The position numbers and the translations under genes are program-made. The notes under the pieces are model-generated. The model ran no database searches. It worked only from the letters and a program-made list of their open reading frames with translations, and was not told where the DNA came from. From Anaeramoeba ignava BMAN (lineage: Eukaryota; Protista; Anaeramoebae), in NCBI GenBank assembly GCA_028826165.1, contig JAPDFW010000103.1, forward strand, positions 496,001 to 560,000: DNA of 64,000 nucleotides. Reading direction: 5' to 3'. The number at the start of each line of letters is the position of its first letter. Positions within the stretch are counted from its first letter, which is position 1. Shown in pieces: positions 37,747-49,152 of this stretch.

Positions 37747-40036
37747 TCAACATTTTTAAAATTGATTCCACAAAACACCAACCAGAATAAAAAGATAACA
37801 ACCTAAAAAAGATAAACCAAAAAATATTATTTAAATTAAAATTAAAATTAAAATTAAAATTAAAATTAATAATTAAAATTAAAAATAATAATTAATAATT
37901 AAAATTATAATTAAAATTAAAATTAATTAAAATTAAAATTAAAATTAAAAATAAAATTAAAATTAAAATTAAAATTAAAATTAATATTTTTTAGAAATAA
38001 TTTATATACAAGAATAATAACTAAAAGAATTAAAAGCATTTTCTTGTCTTTCCACCACATTTTTCTTTTGAGTGTTGTTGCTTGCTTTTTGAAAATATAT
38101 GATTTTTTGTTTATTTTATCTGTTTTATCAATTAAAGTATCTAATTTTCCTCCTCTTTGAACTATTTTTTCTAAATTTTCATCCATAATACTCTTTAATT
38201 CATCCAATTCTTTTTTTGTTTTCAAAATATTATCATAATCTTTTTCATTTGAAAAATAATTCTAAAATAATTATAAACATTATAAATATAAATATTATAA
38301 ATATAATAAATATTATAAATATTATAAATATTATAAATATTATAAAAATATTATAAAAAATATTATAAATCATTATAAAATATTATAAATATTATAAATA
38401 TTAAAATAAATATTAAAAATAAATATTATAAATATTATAAATATTATAAATATTATAAAAAATTATAAAAATAAACATATAATATAAATATAAATATTAT
38501 AAAAATAATAAATTATAAAAATAATATATAAATATTATATAAAATAATTATAAATAATTAAAAATAAATTAAATAAATAAATAAATATTATAAAATAAAT
38601 ATTATAAATATAAAATTTTAAATAAATATTATAAAATAAATATTATAAATAAATATTATAAATATAAATATTATAAATATAAATATTATAAATATAAATA
38701 TTATAAATATAAATATTATAAATATAAATATTATAAATATAAATATTATAAATATTATAAATATTATAAATATTATAAATATAAATATTATAAATATAAA
38801 TATTATAAATATTATAAATATTATAAATATTATAAATATTATAAATATTATAAATATTATAAATATTATAAATATTATAAATATTATAAATATAAATAAA
38901 TTTGTATGAAAAATTACAACTTCTCTTTCTAAAATTAAATCAAATTCTTCAATTCTTTCATTATTTTCAGCTTGTGTTAAATACTTTCTCTCAAATTCAT
39001 TTCTAATAACTGCTAAAAAGGCAAATGGAATTCTTTTTCCAAACATTTCATCAGCAGCACAAATATAAATAACTTCATCTTCAGCTTTTCTAACAAGAAA
39101 GTTATAACTTTAAACAAAAAATAAACAAAAATAATTTAAATTAAAATTAAAATTCATTTATAAAATTATAAAATTAAAATTAAAATTCATTTATAAAATT
39201 CATTTAAAAATTAAAATTCATTTATAAAATTAAAATCAAAAATTAATATTAAAATTAAAATTAAAATTCATTTATAAAATTAAAATTCATTTATAAAATT
39301 CATTTATAAAATTAAAATTCATTTATAAAATTCATTTATAAAATTAAAAATAAAATTCATTTATAAAATTAAAAATAAAATTAAAATTCATTTATAAAAT
39401 CAAAAATTCATTTATAAAATTAAAATTCATTTATAAAATTAAAATTCATTTATAAAATTCAAATTAAAATTCATTTTATAAAATTAAAAATAAAATTAAA
39501 ATTCATTTATAAAATTAAAATTAAAATTAAAATTCATTTATAAAATTAAAATTAAAATTAAAATTAAAATTAAAATTCATTTATAAAATTAAAATCAAAA
39601 TTCATTTATAAAATAAAATTCATTTATAAAATTAAAATTAAAATTAAAATTAAAATTAAAATTAAAATTCATTTATAAAATTAAAATTAAAATTAAAATT
39701 AAATTCATTTATAAAATTAAAATTCATTTATAAAATTAAAATTCATTTATAAAATTCATTTATAAAATTATTAGAATTTGAATTTGTTAATAAAAACCTT
39801 TCATAAACATAACAAACTCTTGAATTTTCTGTTCCAATTGCTGCAAGAATTGCTTCAGCTTTTTCAAGTAAATTTTCTTTTTATTTTTTTCAAATTGAAA
39901 AGAAAAAAATTTTTTTTTTCAAATTTGTTTATTTTGAGAAATAGAATTTTGCAAAATTAAGTTTACCATGTCCTTTAACAGCATAAAAAGAATAAATTGC
40001 TTTGGGACTTCCAACTAAAGCACAAAGAATTGACAT
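37747..40036 (-). CDS. VAMP7: VAMP7-like longin R-SNARE; 5 exons
   Basis: MSILCALVG...YNFLVRKAEDEVIYICAADEMFGKRIPFAFL (longin); MDENLEKIVQRGGKLDTLIDKT (R-SNARE, central Arg); RKMWWK, TM helix, then FCG. The stop position is approximate (likely 1-nt homopolymer loss near 37753). Confidence 0.88.
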
Positions 40037-40162
40037 TTTTTGAATAAAGAAAATAAAAAATAGAGAAAATTAAAGAGAAAAAAAATGAAAGTTTTTTTTT
40101 CAAATTTTTATTTTTCATTTTTTTTTTAAAACAAAAAGAAAAAAAAAACAAATTAATTTAAA

Positions 40163-43100
40163 ATGGAAAATCAATTTTTAAAACCTTTTGAAATTTCTAT
40201 TGATTTATTTGCAAATTTATCTTCTTTTGGTTTTGATTCTCGTTTTTTTAATTTTTCTAATTTATCAATAACAAGTGAAAAATTTTTATGTTTAAATGAA
40301 TTAGATCAATTTACTGGTAAAATTTCAGTTGTAAATTTTGAATCTTTTTCCAAAACTACTTATTCTTTGCAAGGAAATTTAGCTAAAATGAATCCAGAAA
40401 ATCATCAAATTGCTCTTCAAAGTAATTTTTTTTTTGATTTAAAATAATAAAATTCATTCATTCAAAATAATTTATATTTTTTTTTCTGTAAAACGTTTTT
40501 TTTTTAAAAAATAGATGAAACAATAATTCAAGTTCTTGATTTAGATTCAAAAATGTGTTTAAAAAAAACAAATTTCAAAGAAAACGTTTTGTTTTTTAAA
40601 TGGATCACAGTTGAAATTCTTGCAATAATAACAGAAAATAAAGTTTATCATTGGAATATAAAAGGTAATTTCCATATAAATAATATGAATATAAATATAA
40701 ATCCAAATATAGATATAATTATAAATATAAATATAAATCAAAATTAAAATATAAATCCAAAATATAAATATAAATATAATTATAAATATAAATATAAATA
40801 TAAATATAAATATAAATATAAATATAAATATAAATATAAATATAAATATAAATATAAATATAAATATAAATATAAATATAAATATAAATATAAATATAAA
40901 TCCAAATATAAATACAAATCAAAATACAAATCCAAATACAAATATAAATAAATAAATAAAAATATAAATATAAATATAAAATCCAAATCAAATCCAAAAT
41001 CCAAATCCAAATATAAATATAAATATAAATCCAAATCCAAATACAAATACAAAATACAAATCCAAAATAAAATATAAATATAAATCCAAATCAAAATCCA
41101 AATCCAAATCCAAATCAAAATCTAAATCTAAATATAAATATAAATCCAAATATAAAAATAAATATAAATCCAAATCCAAATCCAAATCCAAATCTAAATA
41201 TAAATCCAAATCCAAATCCAAATCCAAATCCAAATCCAAATCCAATTCCAAATCCAAATCCAATTTCAAATCCAAATCCAAACCCAAATCCAAATATAAA
41301 TTTAAATCCAAATCCAAATATAAATATAAATATAAATCCAAATATAAATATAAATCCAAATATAAATATAAATCCAAATCCAAATCCAAATCCAAATCCA
41401 AATCTAAATACAAATCCAAATCCAAATCCAAATCCAAATCCAAATCTAAAAATAAATATAAATATAAATCTAATTCCAAATCCAAATATAAATATAAATA
41501 TAAATATAAATAAAAATATAAATAAAAATATAAATATAAATATAAATAAAATACAAATCCAAATCCAAATCCAAATCCAAATATAAATATAAAAAAATAT
41601 AAATATAAAATATAAATATAAATATAAATATAAATATAAATATAAATATAAATATAAATATAAATATAAATATAAATAAAATATAAATATAAATATAAAA
41701 TATAAATATGAATATTATAAATATAAATATAAATATGAATATAAATATGAATATAAATATAAATATAAATATAAAATAAATATATTTATAAAAAATATAA
41801 AATATAAATATAAAATACAAATCCAAATCAAAATCCAAATTTTCCAAATATAAATCCAAATCAAAATAAATACAAATATTTTTCCAAATCCAAAAAAATC
41901 CAAATATAAATATAAATATAAATATAAATATAAATAAAATCCAAATCCAAATCCAAATCCAATTCCAACCAAATCCAAATATAAATATAAATAAAAATAA
42001 AATATAAATATAAATATAAATATAAATATAAATACAAATCCAAATATAAATATAATTCCAAATATAAATATAAATATAAATATAAAAATATAAATATAAA
42101 TATAAATCCAAATACAAATATAAATCCAAATTCAAATCCAAATACAAATCCAAATACAAATCCAAATATAAATATAAATATAAATATAAATATAAATATA
42201 AATATAAATCCAAATCCAAATCAAAATCCAATCCCAAATCCAAATATAAATCTAAATTCAAATCCAAATCCAAATCCAAATCCAAATCCAAATCCAAATC
42301 CAAATCCAAATATAAATATAAATAAAAATAAAAATAAAAATATAAATATAAATCAAAATATAAATATAAATCCAAATCCAAATCTAAATCCAATTCCAAA
42401 TCCAAATATAAATATAAATCTAAATCCAAATCCAAATCCAAATCCAAATCCAAATCCAAATCCAAATCCAAATATAAATATAAATATAAATATAAATATA
42501 AATCCAATTCCAAATCCAAATCCAAATCCAAATCCAAATCCAAATCCAAATATAAATATAAATATAAATATAAATAAAAATATAAATATAAATATAAATA
42601 TAAATACAAATCCAAATCCAAATCCAAATCCAAATCTAAATACAAATCCAAATCCAAATCCAAATCCAAATCCAAATCCAAATCCAAATCCAAATATAAA
42701 TATAAATATAAATATAAATATAAATCAAAATTAAAATATAAATATAAATATAAATATAAATATAAATATAAATATAAATATAATTATAAATCTAATTATA
42801 AATATAAATATAAATATAAATATAAATATAAATATAAATATAAATATAAATATAAATATAAATATAAATATAAAAATAAATACAAATATAAATATAAATC
42901 TAAATCCAAATATAAATATAAATAAAAATATAAATATAAATATAAATATAAAAATAAATATAAATCCAAATCCAAATCCAAATATAAATCCAAATATAAA
43001 TATAAATCCAAATATAAATCCAAATCCAAATCCAAATCCAAATCCAAATCCAAATCCAAATCCAAATCCAAATCCAAATCCAAAATATAAATCCAAATCA

Positions 43101-44642
43101 AAATTAAAAATATAAATAAAAATTAAAATCAAAATTAATATTAATATTAAAATATAAAATGATTTAGATAGCAAAGAACCAGAACCACTATTCGAAATTC
43201 ACGAATCTCTTCAAAATCATCAAATTATTAATTACCAAACATCAGAAAACTTACAATGGCTTATTGTAGTCGGAATCACTCAAAAAGAAAATCAAATCTT
43301 TGGATCATCTCAATTATACTCAATTGAAAAACAAAAAACTCAAATAATTCAAACATCAGCTTGTGATTTGGCTTCTGTTTTTTTGCAAAATTTCAATAAA
43401 TCAATACTTATTTTTTCATGTATTATGAAAACTCCAACAGAAACAAAACTTTATTCAATGGAATTTGGAAATGATTCAACAACAGAAAACAAATTCAAAC
43501 GATACACGCATCCAGTAGAATTTGATTCATTTCCAACTCAAGATTTCCCAATTGATTTAAAAATTTGTGAAAAATTTTCTGTTATTTTTGTTCTTACAAA
43601 AATGGGATACTTATTCGTCTTTGATTTGCTAACAGGAATACTTTTTCTTAAAAAGCAAATATCCAATCATTCACCTCTTCATGCTGTTTTCAATAAAAAT
43701 AAAGATGGAATAATTGCAGTTTTCAAATCAGGAGAAATTTTAACAATTTCGGGAAAAAATCCAAATCTAAAAATCCACAACTTAAACCAATTCAATCAAC
43801 TTGTAGACGCAATAATTATTCAGGACTCAGACACAACAAGATCTATTTTTATTGATAAATTTGAGGTTCTTTTTAATCAAGGAAAATACCAAGAAGCTGC
43901 TAAAATTATTGCAGATTCGCCAGATCAATTTTTACGAACACAAGAAAATTTCAAGAAATTTCAAGAAGCAATCAAAAATGAAGGTGAAAAACCACCAGAA
44001 ATCATTTATTACCAGCTATTTCTTGCGCAAAATAAACTCAATTCTTTTGAATCAATTCATTTTGTTCGGAAATTAATTGAAATTCAAAAAAAAGAATTGA
44101 TTGAAAATTTTGTTAAAGAAGACAAACTTGAATTATCTCAAGAATTGATGAATATTTTTGATTCCGATCCTGAACTTTCTCAACTATTCAAAAAGAAACA
44201 AATTTCAAATGACAGTATAGTAACAAAACTAATTGAACAACAAGAATTCCTAAAGCTTCTTGATTATGGGAAAAATTTTTTGATGGGTTTAAATTATTCC
44301 GAATTGTTGAAAAATGTTTTGGAACAAAATGAACAAATTGCAGAAAATTTCGCTAAGTTTTTATTGAGCGAACAAAAGGAGAAAGATATATATTTAATTG
44401 ATGTTCTAAATGTTTTTGATATTTTTGCTGATGCAAAAAAAATTAAATCTTTGACAGCAGTTTTTTTGGATGTTTTGAAAGACAATAAAGAAGAAGAAGG
44501 TTATTTGCAAACAAAATTATTGGAAGTGATTATAAATTCGGGTCATATTCAAGTAGCTGATGCAATAATAAAAAACGAGATGTTTTCGCATTATGATCGT
44601 TTTACAATTGAATTACTTTTGAAAAATCAAACAAATTTTTAA
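40163..44642 (+). CDS. Clathrin heavy chain-like protein, truncated (terminal beta-propeller, linker and start of the leg only); 3 exons
   Basis: Exons 40163-40421, ~40515-40664, ~43168-44642. Motifs [26 protein letters not shown]...[53 protein letters not shown]...[15 protein letters not shown], then stop. This corresponds to roughly the first 620 residues of clathrin heavy chain. Confidence 0.85.
40680..43150 (+). repeat. 2.5-kb intronic array of alternating AAATAT and AAATCC hexamer blocks
   Basis: Visible; fills intron 2 of the clathrin-like gene. Confidence 0.9.
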
Positions 44643-44772
44643 AAGATTTCAAAAGAATTTTTTTTTTTTGATTTTTTTGAATTAAATTTTTGATAAGGAA
44701 TTTAAAAGAAATTTTTGGATTATAAAAGGAGTTCTAAAATAAAAAAATTTTTGAAATAAATTTGATAAGGAT

Positions 44773-44843
44773 GGGGGATTAGTTTAAAGGTAAAATGTGT
44801 TTACGTCATGAACAAGCTCCGAGTTCGAATCTCGGATCCTCCA
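44773..44843 (+). tRNA. tRNA-like gene, anticodon GTC (Asp), atypical loop ACGTCAT, G3-U70 acceptor
   Basis: GGGGGAT/ATCCTCC-A acceptor; GTTT/AAAT D-stem; TGTTT/GAACA anticodon stem; CCGAG-TTCGAAT-CTCGG T-arm. Confidence 0.72.
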
Positions 44844-44924
44844 CATTTAGATTTGAATTTGATTAATTCAATTTTTTTTTTGGAATAAATTTTATCATTT
44901 TCATTCTCTTTTTTTTTTGGAATT

Positions 44925-46020
44925 AAATTATTGATTAAATTATTAATTAAATTATTTATTAAATTATTTATTAAATTATTAATTAAATTATTGATTAAAT
45001 TATTTATTAATTTATTTATTAAATTATTTATTAAATTATTTATTAAATTATTTATTAAATTATTTATTAAATTATTTATTAAATTATTTATTAAATTATT
45101 TATTAAATTATTTATTAAATTATTTATTAAATTATTTATTAAATTTTTGATTAAATTATTAGGATTAAATTATTTATTAAATTATTTATTAAATTTTATT
45201 TAAATTATTTTAAAATAAAATCATTTATTAAATTATTTATTAAAATTATTGATTAAATTATTAATTAAATTATTAATTAAAAATTTTTGATTAAATAAAA
45301 ATTATTTATTAATTTGATTAAATCAATTTTTTGAACAAATTTTTTTTTTGGATTATAAATTATTTTAAATTCTAAAATTTTTATTAAATTATTAAAAAAT
45401 TAGTTTAAATTAAAGATTTAAATAATTATTAGCCTCCAAATTATTATTAAAATTAATTCGGGTTCAAATAATTAAATTTTATTTAATTAAATTATTAATT
45501 AAATTTTTTATTTATTAATTTTATTAAATTATTAATTAATCTTTTTTAAAAATTAAATTATTTAAAATTATTTTATTTAATTTAAATTATTAAATTAAAA
45601 AATTAAATTATTAAATTAAATTATTATAAAATTATTTTTTAAATTGATTAAATTATTTTAGTTAAAATTAATTAAATTATTAATTAAATTTATAAATTAA
45701 ATTATTTATTAAATTATTTATTAAATTATTTAAAATTATTAATTTTTTATTAATTAAATTATTAAATTATTTAAAATTAAATTTAAATTATTAAAATAAT
45801 AAAATTAAATTAAATTCCAAATTGATTTATTAAATTATTTATTAAATTTAATTTATTAAATTATTTATTAAAGATTATTTAAATTATTTTATTTAAATTA
45901 TTTAATAAAATAAATTAAATTAAATTATTAATTAATTTAAATTATTTATTAAATTAAAATTAATTAAATTATTAATTAAATTATTAATTTTAAATATTTA
46001 TTAAATTATTTATTAAAATT
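44925..46020. repeat. 12-bp repeat (TTAAATTATTTA)n, degenerating downstream
   Basis: Clean units at 44925-45200, noisy afterwards. Confidence 0.75.
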
Positions 46021-46035
46021 AGGGAATAAATTAAA

Positions 46036-46103
46036 AAGGGGATAATTTAAAGATAGAATGTAATGCTAAGTTTAAGATTCGGGTTCAAATCCCGACTTCT
46101 CCA
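46036..46103 (+). pseudogene. Degenerate tRNA-like copy (intact T-arm and 3' acceptor strand, eroded 5' half)
   Basis: TCGGG-TTCAAAT-CCCGA-CTTCTCC-A followed by a T-run; lies in a noisy region. Confidence 0.5.
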
Positions 46104-46188
46104 CACCTTTTTTGTTAAATTTATAATTATAAATAATCTATTTTTTGAATTTTTTTTTGCAAAAGGATTTGTTTAATTTAAATTAAAA

Positions 46189-46260
46189 TCAGAAGTAGTA
46201 TAAAGGTAAGTATGTGGGCTTTTCACGCCCATGATCCGAGTTCGAATCTCGGCTTCTGAG
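46189..46260 (+). tRNA. tRNA, anticodon TTC (Glu) on an Asp-type body, discriminator G
   Basis: TCAGAAG/CTTCTGA; GTAT/GTAT D-stem; TGGGC-TTTTCAC-GCCCA; CCGAG-TTCGAAT-CTCGG; downstream oligo-T. Confidence 0.82.
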
Positions 46261-46609
46261 CAATTTTTTTTGGAATAAATAATAAAAAGTGGAATAAATC
46301 TAATTGAAGTTGATTTAGAATATTTTTTTGAAATAAATAAATCTAATCAATCTAAATTAAATTGATTTAAATATTTTTTTTGAATTAAATAATAAAAAGT
46401 GGAATAAATCTAATTGAAGTTAATTTAGAATATTTTTTTGGAATAAATAATAAAAAGTGGAATAAATCTAATTGAAGTTAATTTAGAATATTTTTTTGAA
46501 ATAAATAAATCTAATCTAATCAATTTAAATTGATTTGAAATATTTTTTTGAAATAAATAAAAAATGGAATAAAAGTTGTAATTAATTAGAAAATTGTGAA
46601 TATTTTTGT

Positions 46610-46617
46610 TATAAAAG
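46610..46617 (+). promoter_or_regulatory. TATAAAAG box upstream of a tRNA gene (also at 44721, 47245, 47666, 49110)
   Basis: The same octamer lies 43-52 bp upstream of five tRNA-like genes. Confidence 0.6.
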
Positions 46618-46657
46618 ACACTAATTTATAAAATTTTAAAAGAAATTTGGATTAAAA

Positions 46658-46729
46658 CCGGAAGTAGTATAAAGGTAAGTATGTGGGCCTGTCACGCTCA
46701 AGATCCGAGTTCGAATCTCGGCTTCTGAG
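46658..46729 (+). tRNA. tRNA-Asp(GTC)-like; C1-A72 mismatch, G3-U70
   Basis: CCGGAAG/CTTCTGA-G; GTAT/GTAT; TGGGC-CTGTCAC-GCTCA; canonical T-arm. The D-stem, loop and G73 resemble eukaryotic tRNA-Asp. Confidence 0.82.
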
Positions 46730-47292
46730 TAATTTTTTTTGAATAAATAATAAAAAGTGGAATAAATCTAATTGAAGTTAATTTAGAATATTTTTTTGAA
46801 ATAAATAAATCTAATCAATCTAAATTAAATTAATTTGAAATATTTTTTTTGAAATAAATAATAAAAAGTGGAATAAATCTAATTTAAATTGATTTAGAAT
46901 ATTTTTTTGAAATAAATAAATCTAATCTATCTAATTGAAGTTAATTTAAAATATTCTTTGATTAAATAATAAAAAGTGGAATAAAACTAATTGAAGTTAA
47001 TTTAGAATATTTTTTTGAAATAAATAATAAAAAGTGGAATAAATCTAATTTAAATTGATTTAGAATATTTTTTTGAAATAAATAATAAAAAGTGGAATAA
47101 ATCTAATTGAAGTTAATTTAGAATATTTTTTTGAAATAAATAAATCTAATCAATCTAATTTAAATTAATTTGAAATATTTTTTTGAAATAAATAAAAAAT
47201 GGAATAAAAGTTGTAATTAATTAGAAAATTGTGAATATTTTTGTTATAAAAGACACTAATTTATAAAATTTTAAAAGAAATTTGGATTAAAA

Positions 47293-47363
47293 TCAGAAGT
47301 AGTATAAAGGTAAGTATGTGGGCCTTCACACTCAAGATCCGAGTTCGAATCTCGGCTTCTGAA
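47293..47363 (+). tRNA. tRNA-like gene with a 1-nt-short anticodon arm (TGGGC-CTTCAC-ACTCA); anticodon undetermined
   Basis: Body nearly identical to 46189 and 46658; the loop is 6 nt, or 8 nt on a 4-bp stem. Confidence 0.62.
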
Positions 47364-47714
47364 AAATTTTTTTTGATTAAATAATAAAAAGTGGAATAAA
47401 TCTAAATTAAATTGATTTAGAATATTTTTTTGAAATAAATAATAAAAAGTGGAATAAATCTAATTTAAATTGATTTAGAATATTTTTTTGAAATAAATAA
47501 ATCTAATCTAATCAATTTAGATTAATTTAAAATATTCTTTGATTAAATAATAAAAAGTGGAATAAAACTAATTGAAGTTAATTTAGAATATCTTCTGAAA
47601 TAAATAAATAATAAAAAGTTGAATAAAACTAATCAAAATTAATTGGAAAAATTTCAAATATTTGTTATAAAAGATGCTATTTTGAAAAATTTTAAAAAGA
47701 AATTTCAATTTAAA

Positions 47715-47785
47715 TCAGAAGTAGTTCAAAGGTAGAACGTGCGCCTTTCACGCCCAAGATCCGAGTTCAATTCCCGGCTTCTGAA
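47715..47785 (+). tRNA. tRNA-like gene, anticodon TTC (Glu), single mismatches in anticodon and T stems
   Basis: TCAGAAG/CTTCTGA; GTTC/GAAC; TGCGC-CTTTCAC-GCCCA; CCGAG-TTCAATT-CCCGG. Confidence 0.75.
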
Positions 47786-48088
47786 TAAATTTATTTTTTT
47801 GGAATTGATTTTTAATTTGTTTTGGAATTGATTTTTAATTTGTTTTGAATTGATTTGGAATTGATTTGGAATTGATTTTTAAATTGATTTTTAAATTGAT
47901 TTTTAATTTGATTTGGAATTGATTTTTAAATTGATTTTTAAATTGATTTGGAATTGATTTGGAATTGATTTTGTTTAAGATTTCTATTTTAAAATAAAGA
48001 ATAAAAAGTGGAACATAATATTAAATTTAAATGAGGAAGTTTGTCAAAAATTATTTTAAAAAATTTTTTGATAAATAATAAGAAAAAA

Positions 48089-48159
48089 GGGGAAGTATTT
48101 TAAAGGAAGAATGTGTCCTCCCAAAGCACACGGTCCGAGTTCAATTCCCGGCTTCTCCA
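48089..48159 (+). tRNA. tRNA-like gene, anticodon ambiguous (CCA/Trp or CCC/Gly depending on register), G3-U70 acceptor
   Basis: GGGGAAG/CTTCTCC-A; GTGTCCTCCCAAAGCAC arm; CCGAG-TTCAATT-CCCGG; T-run immediately downstream. Confidence 0.65.
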
Positions 48160-48201
48160 CTTTTTTTATCAAAATAAAGGAAAAAGGAAACAAGAAAATA
48201 A

Positions 48202-48272
48202 GCAGAAGTGGTATAAAGGCAGAATACAAAATTACCAATTTTGTGATCCGAGTTCGAATCTCGGCTTCTGCA
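48202..48272 (+). tRNA. tRNA-Gly-like with the unusual anticodon ACC
   Basis: GCAGAAG/CTTCTGC-A; CAAAA-TTACCAA-TTTTG; CCGAG-TTCGAAT-CTCGG. Confidence 0.78.
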
Positions 48273-48981
48273 AATGTTTCTTTTTTGGATAAATTTTTTT
48301 AGAATAATTAAATAATAAAATTAATTAAATTTGAATAAATAATAAAAAGTGGAATAAAACTAATCAAAACCATTTCAATCAACATTAATTTGAATAAATA
48401 ATAAAAAGTGGAATAAAACTAAATCAAGATTAATTTAGAATATTTTCTGAAATAAATAATAAAAAGTGGAATAAAACTAATTGAAGTTAATTTAGAATAT
48501 CTTCTGAAATAAATAATAAAAAGTGGAATAAATATAATCAAAACCATTTCAATCAACATTAATTTGAATAAATAATAAAAAGTGGAATAAAACTAATTCA
48601 AGATTAATTTAGAATATTTTCTGAAATAAATAATAAAAAGTGGAATAAATATAATCAAAACCATTTCAATCAACATTAATTTGATTAAATAATATTAAGT
48701 GGAATAAAACTAATTGAAGTTAATTTAGAATATCTTCTGAAATAAATAATAAAAAGTGGAATAAATATAATCAAAATCATTTCAATCAACATTAATTTGA
48801 TTAAATAATAAAAAGTGGAATAAAACTAATTGAAGTTAATTTAGAATATCTTCTGAAATAAATAAATAATAAAAAGTTGAATAAAACTAATCAAAATTAA
48901 TTGGAAAAAATTTCAAATATTTGTAATAAAAGATGCTATTTTGAAAAATTTTATAAAGAAATTTCAAATTAAAAATTTAAA

Positions 48982-49053
48982 TCGGAAGTAGTATAAAGGT
49001 GAGTATATGGGCTCTACACGCCCAAGATCCGGGTTCGATTCCCGGCTTCTGAA
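48982..49053 (+). tRNA. tRNA-like gene, anticodon TAC (Val) on an Asp-type body, C33, G3-U70
   Basis: TCGGAAG/CTTCTGA-A; GTAT/GTAT; TGGGC-TCTACAC-GCCCA; CCGGG-TTCGATT-CCCGG. Confidence 0.75.
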
Positions 49054-49152
49054 TAAAATTATTTTTTTTTAAATTAAAATTCTTTTTTGTTAAATTAAAT
49101 TAATTAGATTATAAAAGAAGAACTTTTAAAAATTTTAATTTATAAAAAAAAA

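Larger units (their letters stand above)
46270..48960 (+). repeat. ~58-bp spacer repeats between tRNA genes, each containing AATAAAAAGTGGAATAAA
   Basis: Motif G positions at 46976/47034/47092 and 48349/48408/48466/48523/48582/48640/48699/48756/48815. Confidence 0.88.

Noticed and set aside
40559-43174. Several DL/YL/YI-repeat ORFs up to 407 aa
   Set aside because: Antisense frames of the AAATAT/AAATCC intronic array
45410-45470. Possible additional tRNA remnant (AGCCTCCAAA ... TTCGGGTTCAAAT)
   Set aside because: Only fragments in a visibly noisy region; cannot be folded into a cloverleaf
47293-47363. tRNA-Sec interpretation of the TCA-containing loop
   Set aside because: No long variable arm or extended acceptor stem; body is the same as the neighbouring Asp/Glu-type copies
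48056-48302. 60-aa and 63-aa ORFs
   Set aside because: They overlap two tRNA-like genes and have no protein features
46270-48960. CRISPR-like repeat-spacer appearance
   Set aside because: Eukaryotic context, spacers are themselves repetitive rather than unique, and there are no cas genes
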